The position numbers and the translations under genes were made by a program. Positions 37,581 through 45,242 of a stretch of DNA of 64,000 nt are shown here, piece by piece. Origin of the DNA: a virus (lineage: Duplodnaviria; Heunggongvirae; Uroviricota; Caudoviricetes). Each line of letters opens with the position of its first letter. Within the stretch, counting starts at the first letter, position 1. The notes beneath the pieces were generated by a model that did no database searches, had not been told where the DNA came from, and worked only from the letters and a program-made list of their open reading frames with translations. Where the stretch lies: the IMG/VR virus record IMGVR_UViG_3300027708_003081; one strand, 5' to 3'.

Positions 37581-38720
37581 ATGAAAAAATTTATAATTTC
37601 AGAAACAGAAAAAAAAGAAATATTAGATAAACATAAAAGTTTTAAATCTATTTTAGAAAATAGATTAAAAAATAAATTAGTTTTATCCGAGCAGATAACC
37701 GCACCAACAGGTGACGACCTTATCAAAAAAGCCAAAAATGTTTGTCCCACATTAAAAAATGGTGCTTTTGTTAGAGTAAGTGGAAGTCGTGCAATTAAGA
37801 TTACCGCAGCCAAAGACGGCCCGTTAAGTGCTGTTACCAACAAACCAAAATATGTTACAGGTGATGTTCTTGTATATAAAAGTGATATGACTTATGATGT
37901 ATATGATGGAACAAAGGCAGCAAATAATAATTGGGTTAAAAAAGGAACATATAAGTGGAAATGTGCGGGATTAACTGCACAGGCGGATGATTTTAGTGCG
38001 ACTGCAGGTAAACAAGAAGTTGACGCAGGTGGTTGGATGACGTATGATGAGGCCAAAGCTGCGGGTATAAACCTTACTGACCCTAAATTCTACGAGCAAA
38101 AGACAATTAATGGTGTACAATATTTCAAAAAGAAAGGAATTACTGTAGGTGGTGCTGGCTCACAAGAACAAACTGAGGTTATTGATTTTTTAACCAATAG
38201 ATACGGAGCAAGATTCCAAAGAAAATTAAAACAACCATCACAAGGTTTTTGTTGGGCATTCCAAGGAGAAGAGCCTTTGAGTGAGCCGAAATGGTCTTTA
38301 GAAAATGTTGTTGGAGGTGCAGAATATGGTGTGACAGAAGGGTTAAAAATATTTGTTAGTCCTGAATGTTTAAGTAAAATTAGACAAGCATCAAAAGATG
38401 TTGTTAGTACTGAATCAGGATATAGAAAAATTGATAATGACACCTGTAAAGACTTTTTAAAGAATTATATGGAAGCATATGAAAATGGTGTAGACGCAAC
38501 AACAACCGCATTTACTCAAATGAAAAAAGACGTTCAATCTTGTAAGAGAAAATTCTGTTCTAAAAACATTTCAAAAACTCAAGGAAAATGTCAAGGTAGT
38601 TGGAAATTAGGTCTTATGGGTGGTTCAAGAAAAATGGACGACATTATTGATTTCTTCTCAGGGGAAAATAATTCAATCGGTACTTCACCTGAAAGAACTA
38701 ATCCATATAGAATAACATAA
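37581..38720 (+). CDS. Cys-containing hypothetical protein with MKKFIISETEKKEIL leader
   Basis: ORF track; LVLSEQ junction. Confidence 0.8.
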   Translation: MKKFIISETEKKEILDKHKSFKSILENRLKNKLVLSEQITAPTGDDLIKKAKNVCPTLKNGAFVRVSGSRAIKITAAKDGPLSAVTNKPKYVTGDVLVYKSDMTYDVYDGTKAANNNWVKKGTYKWKCAGLTAQADDFSATAGKQEVDAGGWMTYDEAKAAGINLTDPKFYEQKTINGVQYFKKKGITVGGAGSQEQTEVIDFLTNRYGARFQRKLKQPSQGFCWAFQGEEPLSEPKWSLENVVGGAEYGVTEGLKIFVSPECLSKIRQASKDVVSTESGYRKIDNDTCKDFLKNYMEAYENGVDATTTAFTQMKKDVQSCKRKFCSKNISKTQGKCQGSWKLGLMGGSRKMDDIIDFFSGENNSIGTSPERTNPYRIT

Positions 38721-38730
38721 CAATATTTTT

Positions 38731-39414
38731 ATGAAAAAACAAATTAGAAAAGCAATAATTGAGGCTAAAGAAAAAAAAGACACTCTTTTAATTGAAGAAA
38801 AAATAATTAAAAGTAGATTATTGGTAATATTTGAAAATACCGATAATATTAAAAACTTTAATTCACTTTCAGAGAAAAAGAAACTCAATATGAGTTTCAG
38901 ATTGATGAATGAAATAAACTATTTACAACAAACTGGTTTAATTAAAGAAGATTTTGATTTAACAGGAATGTTTAAAGGTTTATTTGGTAATATAATTGGT
39001 GGGGGTGTTGAAACTTTTGTGGAACCTTTTGTTAATTCTTTTTTAAGTTCAATTGGTTTATCTGGATATTGGAAAAATGTTATTATTTCATTTGTTACAA
39101 GAAACCCTGCAAGAATTGTTAAAGCTTTCAGTAATTGTAAAGAAATGACAAAAATTTTGGCAGAAGCTCTTGTTGAGGGAGTAGTTATGACTTTCCAAAA
39201 AGAAAAGGGTTTAGGTGGTTTTGGTTTTGATTTAATTAGAAATACTTTATTAGACACAATAAATGAAAGTCCTTTAGCTCAAAAACTTGAAGGGGGTTTG
39301 GCTGAGACTGTTTGTGGTTTATTTGGTAAAATTGGTGATAACGCTAAAAAAGTTTCTGCAAGTTTGGGTGGACTCAAAAATGCTGAGCCTCAACCCGCAG
39401 TTGCAACAAGTTAA
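38731..39414 (+). CDS. Hypothetical protein
   Basis: ORF track; LIKE junction before an amphipathic domain. Confidence 0.8.
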   Translation: MKKQIRKAIIEAKEKKDTLLIEEKIIKSRLLVIFENTDNIKNFNSLSEKKKLNMSFRLMNEINYLQQTGLIKEDFDLTGMFKGLFGNIIGGGVETFVEPFVNSFLSSIGLSGYWKNVIISFVTRNPARIVKAFSNCKEMTKILAEALVEGVVMTFQKEKGLGGFGFDLIRNTLLDTINESPLAQKLEGGLAETVCGLFGKIGDNAKKVSASLGGLKNAEPQPAVATS

Positions 39415-39487
39415 TCTATAGAGGTAAAACTCTTTAGTATAAACGGTGATTCTTAAAAAAAAGGGGGTGTTCCAAAATCTAAAAGGA

Positions 39488-39513
39488 GGGTGTCGAAAGA
39501 CACCCTTTTTTTT
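39488..39513. terminator. Terminator between convergent genes
   Basis: GGGTGTC-GAAA-GACACCC-T8. Confidence 0.75.
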
Positions 39514-39514
39514 G

Positions 39515-40189
39515 TTACTTCTTTTTGGTTTTAACAATTTCATCAATAATACCATAATCTAAAGATTCCTGACTATCTAACCATAAATCCCTTGAGGCAT
39601 CTTTCATAACTTGTTTTGCGGGTTTACCACAATATTCACCAAGAAGTTCAAAAAGAGTATTGTTAATTTTGTACCACTCCTTCATATCAATCTCGGCATC
39701 CTGAATATTTCCGTGGAAACCACCTGATGATTGGTGAAGCATCGTTCTTGAAAATCTTAAAGAACTTCTCTTACCTTTTGTACCCGCACCTAGCAATACT
39801 GAACCCATAGAAGCCGCCATTCCTGTGTTTACTGTCCTGATATCGCATCCGATGTAATTCATCACATCAACCATAGAAAGACCTGATTTAACCGAGCCTC
39901 CACCGGAGTCAATATGCATAGTAATATCAGTTTTATCCGTATTATCCAAGAACATAAGTTGTGCCTGAACAATAGTAGACATTCTATCATCAACAGGACC
40001 GGCAACCCATAGTATCCTATCGCGCATAAGCCTCGAAAAAATATCAATTTGTGTTGCCCTCATTTCCCGTTCTTCAAGGATATAAGGAGTCATAGATGAT
40101 TCAATTTGATTACCATAGTTGTGTAAATCTAATGAACCTTTACCCAAATGTTTGGTGTAATAACTTGTAAATTCTTGTCCGATATTCAT
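39515..40189 (-). CDS. clpP: ATP-dependent Clp protease proteolytic subunit
   Basis: DIFSRLMRDRI, AQLMFL, IDSGGGSV, GMAASMGS (Ser), MLHQ (His), RDLWL....DYGIID (Asp). Confidence 0.97.
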   Translation of the reverse strand: MNIGQEFTSYYTKHLGKGSLDLHNYGNQIESSMTPYILEEREMRATQIDIFSRLMRDRILWVAGPVDDRMSTIVQAQLMFLDNTDKTDITMHIDSGGGSVKSGLSMVDVMNYIGCDIRTVNTGMAASMGSVLLGAGTKGKRSSLRFSRTMLHQSSGGFHGNIQDAEIDMKEWYKINNTLFELLGEYCGKPAKQVMKDASRDLWLDSQESLDYGIIDEIVKTKKK

Positions 40190-40199
40190 ATATTATATT

Positions 40200-40511
40200 T
40201 TATTCTGTGTAGTGTCCTAAATAGTATTCATATTCTTGTCCAACTTTTGGGTTTTTTAAAAATACTTCTTGTCTCGTCATTTCGTGTCTGTATAATTCCA
40301 TTTCCATAATGATGTTATCACTAACTAAACTATCATTAATCATTTTTAAGCTATCTGATTCTTTTCTTAATTGTTTGTTTTCAATTGATTGAAGATGATA
40401 TAGTTTTTTCTCACTACTTTGTGTGATGGTATTAATGAATAAAAGCAAAGATAAGGAAACAATTAGAATTTCACGACTAAAATAAGTCAAATGTTTAATA
40501 ATTTTTTTCAT
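40200..40511 (-). CDS. Membrane-anchored coiled-coil protein
   Basis: N-terminal TM; TTTG-N20-TATGTTTG promoter at 40559-40528. Confidence 0.7.
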   Translation of the reverse strand: MKKIIKHLTYFSREILIVSLSLLLFINTITQSSEKKLYHLQSIENKQLRKESDSLKMINDSLVSDNIIMEMELYRHEMTRQEVFLKNPKVGQEYEYYLGHYTE

Positions 40512-40543
40512 AGTATTTTATTTTGTTCAAACATACTAAAAAT

Positions 40544-40684
40544 AAAAATGGGAGTCAAATGACTCCCGATTTCCTCTATAAATTGATTTTAGAATTTTAT
40601 GGTTTGAGATATATCACGTCTCGTACTAACCAATTTCTCATATATTATCCCAAAAGACATTCTTTTGAAGATATACTATAAATA
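40544..40684 (-). ncRNA. Putative small late transcript (sRNA or 14/23-aa peptide mRNA)
   Basis: TATTTATA at 40684-40677; terminator GGGAGTC/GACTCCC plus U-run; mini-ORFs at 40589..40660 and 40597..40641. Confidence 0.4.
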
Positions 40685-40730
40685 TCAAAAAAAAGTTTGT
40701 AATATCAAATATTTTTACTAATTTTATTTT

Positions 40731-41069
40731 ATGAATAACTTATTTTTTGGTGTGTTATATGGATTGTTTGGACAGATAGGTAGTTTTTTGCAGTTACAGG
40801 GTAATGTAAAATATGGTTGGTATGAGAAACATCCGTATATATTATTATTGGTGAGTATACCAATAAGTTGGTTATATATTCAATCTGTAAAAAGTTTAGT
40901 TTTATATTTTGGAGGTGAAATTTGGCAATCAAGATTTATAGGTTTTGGAATAGGTATTATTGTTTTTAGTATAATGAGTTCACTTTTATTTAAAGAACCA
41001 TTTACAATTAAAACATTAATTTCAATACTTTTGGCTATAATAATAATTTTAATACAAATAATTAAATAA
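40731..41069 (+). CDS. Four-TM membrane protein (SMR/DMT-like)
   Basis: Four hydrophobic helices; FKEPFT.K motif before the last helix. Confidence 0.65.
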   Translation: MNNLFFGVLYGLFGQIGSFLQLQGNVKYGWYEKHPYILLLVSIPISWLYIQSVKSLVLYFGGEIWQSRFIGFGIGIIVFSIMSSLLFKEPFTIKTLISILLAIIIILIQIIK

Positions 41070-41070
41070 T

Positions 41071-41250
41071 ATGTGGATAATAATTAAAAAAATGGAATTA
41101 ACCGAAAAGGGTGTTAAAGTACCTGTAGTAATAATAGATACACACGGAGAGGTGTTAGATTTTGAAGATTACGCCGAAGCTGAAAAAACAAGATTGTTGT
41201 TTCAATCAAACTCCGATTCTGCTCACGAATACATACTTAAAGAAATATAA
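41071..41250 (+). CDS. Hypothetical protein, 59 aa (MWIIIKKMELTEKG...), not in ORF track
   Basis: Read directly; fits between the flanking genes. Confidence 0.6.
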   Translation: MWIIIKKMELTEKGVKVPVVIIDTHGEVLDFEDYAEAEKTRLLFQSNSDSAHEYILKEI

Positions 41251-41251
41251 T

Positions 41252-41605
41252 ATGGCTCATCCAAATTTACACGCGAAGAGTTCCGCCAAGAAATTTGGTG
41301 GGAAATGGGAAGATTATATTCATCTGCACGAATGGCTTGATGAAACCAAAGGATGGTTTGGAGATTCTTTACATAGAATGTTTAGACATCACAGCGAAGG
41401 TATATTTGAAATGGAACAGAGGTTTGGTACGGAATTTAAAAACTCTGATGGGAAAACGGTATATACAAGATATGTTGGGGAACAACACGTCAAGGAAGAT
41501 TGTAATGGATATATTCCTTCTGCCAAAGAGTGGGTTAATAACATTTCATCAAATGAAAGACCTCTTTGGATGATAAAAGTTTTAAAATTAGAATTTGAAG
41601 ATTAA
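41252..41605 (+). CDS. DUF6915-like His-rich protein
   Basis: MAHP..HA.SSA.KFGG, IH.W.D.TK, HR..RHH.EGIF, VGEQHV.ED; start revised to ATG 41252. Confidence 0.75.
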   Translation: MAHPNLHAKSSAKKFGGKWEDYIHLHEWLDETKGWFGDSLHRMFRHHSEGIFEMEQRFGTEFKNSDGKTVYTRYVGEQHVKEDCNGYIPSAKEWVNNISSNERPLWMIKVLKLEFED

Positions 41606-41622
41606 AGAGATATTTATAGTTT

Positions 41623-42342
41623 ATGGAACAAAGTATATCAATTTTAACACCCGAAGATAAAAAATACCTTAGAAAAGTTTCAAGATATTTGCAATCATAT
41701 GGATTACAACGAGGAGATATTGAACTTCTTGAACTTGAAGATGGTTATGAAATTTATGAAATTTCTGATATTAGATTCGATAGAGTTACAAATTTTTCAA
41801 ATAATTATTCTGTTGAAGTACCTGAAGGATTAATACCAATTCTTGAGAAGATTATGGTTGCAGGACAAAAAAGACAAGATGATATAGATTTTCCCGATTA
41901 TGTTAATTATGGTAGAATTGAAATTGAAATTGATTGTGTAAGTAATGAAATTACGTTAATTCATTATATTACATATATTGAAGCAGGTAATGGAAGAAAT
42001 TTAGAATTCTCCGCAGAAAATGATGAAATTGGTATGGAGGTATTTAATTCAATTAGAGAATACTGTACTGAAGTTGAACCTATTATGGAATTAAAATATA
42101 ATGGTTCAGGTGATAGCGGTTATTTGGAAGATAGATTTGAAAATGGTGAACCAGTACCAGGTCCTGTTGAAAATTGGTGTGAAATACAATTATCAAGAAA
42201 TTTTGGAAGTTGGGGAGATAACGAAGGGTCTGAAGGTAATTTTATATTTAATATGGAAAATAACACGGCAGAATTAAATCATACGTGGAATGAACAAAAT
42301 AGTACAACAACAACACTATTTGAAGGGGAATTTGGAAAATAA
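41623..42342 (+). CDS. DUF6878-like protein
   Basis: Y.GSGDSG and W..NEG..G.F motifs. Confidence 0.6.
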   Translation: MEQSISILTPEDKKYLRKVSRYLQSYGLQRGDIELLELEDGYEIYEISDIRFDRVTNFSNNYSVEVPEGLIPILEKIMVAGQKRQDDIDFPDYVNYGRIEIEIDCVSNEITLIHYITYIEAGNGRNLEFSAENDEIGMEVFNSIREYCTEVEPIMELKYNGSGDSGYLEDRFENGEPVPGPVENWCEIQLSRNFGSWGDNEGSEGNFIFNMENNTAELNHTWNEQNSTTTTLFEGEFGK

Positions 42343-42421
42343 AATAATTTGAAAAAAGATTAACCCGGACTTTGGTAGTTCGGGTTTTTTATTTATATTT
42401 GTTTATTAACATTAAAACAAT

Positions 42422-42802
42422 ATGAAAAAAGTAACACTCATAGTAGTCAGTCTACTCCTAACTTTATTTAGTTATTCACAAGATTTTAATAGAGTTATTG
42501 TTGCCAGTAAAAGTGAATGGAATGGTACCGAATGGAAGGTAACATCATCAAGTAAACCCACAGATATGTTTGTAATTATGAAAGATTGGGACATTACAAT
42601 TGGAACATATAAGTTTAAAACTTATGATGACCCTGAAAAAACAACATATGAAAGTCACGTATGTTATACTTGGAAGTGTGTAAACGGAAATGGTGATAAA
42701 TGCGTTTTTATGATGAAAAAATTTAAACCCGAAGTATCAAGTCATATGTTATACTCAATTCTTTATGATACGGGTGTTATGTACGAATACGAATGTGAAT
42801 AA
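42422..42802 (+). CDS. Secreted hypothetical protein
   Basis: Signal peptide ending SYSQ; TTTG-N19-TATATTTG promoter at 42371-42401. Confidence 0.8.
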   Translation: MKKVTLIVVSLLLTLFSYSQDFNRVIVASKSEWNGTEWKVTSSSKPTDMFVIMKDWDITIGTYKFKTYDDPEKTTYESHVCYTWKCVNGNGDKCVFMMKKFKPEVSSHMLYSILYDTGVMYEYECE

Positions 42803-42914
42803 ATAATAGGTTGATTGGGAAACCCGAAAGGGTGAGGAGGGGAGAAATCTCAAGTAAAGCCAATTGTAAAAACAGATGTCCACTCGCCCATCTTCTGTTT
42901 TCCTTAAAATATTT

Positions 42915-42945
42915 TTTGGTAATTAAAAAAAGTTTCGTATCTTTG
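42915..42945 (+). promoter_or_regulatory. Bacteroidota sigma70-type promoter of the phosphoesterase-kinase-tRNA operon
   Basis: TTTG 42915-42918, N19, TATCTTTG 42938-42945, ATG at 42950. Confidence 0.75.
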
Positions 42946-42949
42946 TCCT

Positions 42950-43606
42950 ATGATAAAAATAGATACAAATACAAATGTTTGGGTGACAAGTGATTCTCAC
43001 TTCTCTCACAAAAATATATGTCGTGGTGTGACTAATTGGAGACTACCTAATGGTGAAATTCCTGTGGGACAAACAAGGGATTTTACAACTATTGAAAAGA
43101 TGAATACCGCAATTGTTAATAACATTAACGAAGTTGTGGGACAGGATGATATTCTTATTCACCTTGGGGATTGGAGTTTTGGTGGTTACGAACAAATCAG
43201 AGAATTTTGGGATAGATTAGTTTGTAAAAACATTCACCTTATACTTGGAAATCACGACCACCACATAGATAGAAATAGAGATGGTTCACAAGGATTGTTC
43301 CAAAGTGTTTCTCACTACAATACAGTTGAAATAGGAGATTATAAATTCCAATTGATGCACTATCCCATTTCGAGCTGGGATGGGTTAAATAAGGGTGTAA
43401 TGCACTTACACGGACACTGTCACCTTCCTACTAATAGAAGATTTGGTGTGGGTAAAAGAATGGATGTTGGAATGGACGGACATCCTGAGTTCAGACCTTA
43501 TAACTTAATAAGAGAAGTTGTTCCATTATTAAAGAAAAGACCGATTAAATCGGAAATTGGTGAAGACCACCACACAGATGATATTGTAAATAAAGATAAA
43601 GGATAA
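42950..43606 (+). CDS. Calcineurin-like metallophosphoesterase (phage type)
   Basis: TSDSHF.H, HLGDW, ILGNHD, MHYP, HLHGHCH, DVGMD. Confidence 0.9.
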   Translation: MIKIDTNTNVWVTSDSHFSHKNICRGVTNWRLPNGEIPVGQTRDFTTIEKMNTAIVNNINEVVGQDDILIHLGDWSFGGYEQIREFWDRLVCKNIHLILGNHDHHIDRNRDGSQGLFQSVSHYNTVEIGDYKFQLMHYPISSWDGLNKGVMHLHGHCHLPTNRRFGVGKRMDVGMDGHPEFRPYNLIREVVPLLKKRPIKSEIGEDHHTDDIVNKDKG

Positions 43607-43611
43607 AATAT

Positions 43612-43821
43612 ATGAAAAATAAAGTTTGGATTAAAACAGAGATTACAACACACACAGAACAAGATATAAGGATTCAGCCAACACCTGAATTTGATGGAAT
43701 TACGTTGGAGTTTAAAGATGTTGATGATGCGGATTATAAAACTAGATTGTATTTGAACACAGAAAGTTTGGAGGCGTTAATAGCCAAATTGAGAGAGACA
43801 ATGGATTACGTTAAACAATAA
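43612..43821 (+). CDS. Hypothetical protein
   Basis: ORF track. Confidence 0.7.
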   Translation: MKNKVWIKTEITTHTEQDIRIQPTPEFDGITLEFKDVDDADYKTRLYLNTESLEALIAKLRETMDYVKQ

Positions 43822-43824
43822 ATT

Positions 43825-44208
43825 ATGAAAGAATTAATACTATTAAGAGGATTACCCGGAAGTGGTAAATCAACATTAGCAAAAACATTAGGTGGACCAG
43901 TATTTGAAGCCGACAATTTTTTTATGTTTGAGGGTGAATACAAGTTTAATCCGTCATTATTAAGTAATGCCCATAGTCATTGTCAAAACCAAACACAAAT
44001 TGCGATGTTGGATGAACACGAAAAAATAATTGTTTCCAATACATTCACTCAAGAGTGGGAGATGAAATCGTACTATGAATTAGCCAAAAAATACGGGTAT
44101 AGAGTTCATTCTATCATAGTGGAGAATAGACACGGAGGAGTAAACGAACACGGAGTTCCTGAAGATAAGTTAGTATTTATGAAAAATAGATTTGAAGTTA
44201 AATTGTAA
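43825..44208 (+). CDS. P-loop polynucleotide kinase-like protein (AAA_33 / N4BP2-like)
   Basis: LILLRGLPGSGKSTLA, EADNFF, AH..CQ, IVSNTF, N.HGVP. Confidence 0.85.
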   Translation: MKELILLRGLPGSGKSTLAKTLGGPVFEADNFFMFEGEYKFNPSLLSNAHSHCQNQTQIAMLDEHEKIIVSNTFTQEWEMKSYYELAKKYGYRVHSIIVENRHGGVNEHGVPEDKLVFMKNRFEVKL

Positions 44209-44215
44209 ATAAAAT

Positions 44216-44288
44216 GCGTGCGTAGTTCAATTGGTAGAACATCGGTCTCCAAAACCGAAGATGGTAGGTTCGAGTCCTCACGTGCGTG
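44216..44288 (+). tRNA. tRNA-Trp(CCA)
   Basis: Cloverleaf with TCGGT-CTCCAAA-ACCGA anticodon arm and GTTCGAG T loop; imperfect T stem; 3' CCA not encoded. Confidence 0.85.
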
Positions 44289-44294
44289 CAGAAT

Positions 44295-44366
44295 GCCGCG
44301 GTGGTCAAGGGGTTAAGACGCTTCCCTTTCACGGAAGAGTCACGGGTTCAATTCCCGTCCGGGGTA
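44295..44366 (+). tRNA. tRNA-Glu(TTC)
   Basis: CTTCC-CTTTCAC-GGAAG anticodon arm, ACGGG-TTCAATT-CCCGT T arm; one G-G mismatch in the acceptor stem. Confidence 0.88.
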
Positions 44367-44375
44367 CAATTTTTT

Positions 44376-44515
44376 AGTTGGGCAGTGGGAGGTTCCCTCA
44401 TAGCAATCATCGGTGCTTTAGGTATGGAAGAGGCCGAATAGATACATCCGATAGAGTATCAAATAAGGTTGATTCCTGATTCAAATCCTAACAGGTTCGA
44501 TTCCTGTACCAACTA
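44376..44515 (+). ncRNA. 140-nt tRNA-like structured RNA (acceptor stem and T arm with a large internal domain)
   Basis: AGTTGG/CCAACT closure, ACAGG-TTCGATT-CCTGT T arm, four internal hairpins. Confidence 0.7.
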
Positions 44516-44523
44516 AACAATTA

Positions 44524-44658
44524 AACCGAGTAGAAATGCGTAGATGAGTTATCTGGGAGAACAGAGACGCAAGGGTACACACTTAGTAATTCTCTTATGG
44601 TGTGTGAAGTGGTTAAACGTGAGCCGACGGGATACCTGATAAAACTTATCACTCGGTT
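44524..44658 (+). ncRNA. 135-nt multibranch structured RNA
   Basis: AACCGAGT/ACTCGGTT closing stem; GCGT/ACGC, GGTA/TACC, CACAC/GTGTG, GATAA/TTATC stems; followed by a terminator. Confidence 0.55.
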
Positions 44659-44660
44659 AT

Positions 44661-44690
44661 AAAAAAAGGTCAGATTAATCTGACCTTTTT
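44661..44690. terminator. Bidirectional terminator ending the tRNA/ncRNA operon
   Basis: AAAAAGGTCAGA-TTAA-TCTGACCTTTTT. Confidence 0.85.
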
Positions 44691-44711
44691 CTTTTTTAGA
44701 ACTATTAAAAC

Positions 44712-44882
44712 TTAAGCAGTTTTCTTTGATAAGATTGACCAAATTGAGCCAACCAATGTCATTACACCACCGATAATATCAACAGATACTGATTCAGTGA
44801 TGAGTCCTTTAGCGATTAGAAGACCACCAGCAAATGTTAGTGCGTGTCTAATCAAACCTAAAACTTGTTCTTTTACAATCAT
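44712..44882 (-). CDS. Putative small two-TM holin, 56 aa (MIVKEQVLGLIRHALTFAGG...), not in ORF track
   Basis: Read directly; EQVLG.IRH.LTF.GG motif, two TM segments, basic C-terminus; TATTTAT upstream. Confidence 0.65.
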   Translation of the reverse strand: MIVKEQVLGLIRHALTFAGGLLIAKGLITESVSVDIIGGVMTLVGSIWSILSKKTA

Positions 44883-45008
44883 TTTTAAAAAATTTTAAAA
44901 GTTTATTTATTAATAAATATCTTTTTTTTAAAAAAAATTCCAAATCATTTGACACTTGTCCAATATTTGTGTATATTTATGTACAGAAATAAATTAAAAA
45001 ACACAATT

Positions 45009-45197
45009 ATGAAAAAAGTAATCGCAATTCTTTCTATCGTAGCATTAGCATCTTGCGGCGGTGGACAATCAACTGAGACCCCAACTACAGACTCAACTAA
45101 AGTATGTATGGACTCTACTTCTTGTGACTCAACTAAAGTTGTTGTAGATACTACAACTACTCCTGTTGATACCACAAAAGCTGTAGAAATGAAATAA
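45009..45197 (+). CDS. Small Thr/Asp-rich lipoprotein
   Basis: MKKVIAILSIVALASC lipobox; DST repeats. Confidence 0.75.
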   Translation: MKKVIAILSIVALASCGGGQSTETPTTDSTKVCMDSTSCDSTKVVVDTTTTPVDTTKAVEMK

Positions 45198-45242
45198 TTT
45201 TTCTACCGAAAAAGAAGAACCCACCTTTTTAGGTGGGTTTTT

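Noticed and set aside
41072-41080. DnaA box TGTGGATAA
   Set aside because: A single copy within the start of a coding sequence (ATG TGG ATA); likely chance.
42811-42993. 60-aa ORF
   Set aside because: It overlaps a structured element, a promoter and the next gene; better explained as non-coding.
44524-44658. Hammerhead ribozyme
   Set aside because: CTGATAA differs from the CUGANGA core, and GAAA is not positioned correctly.
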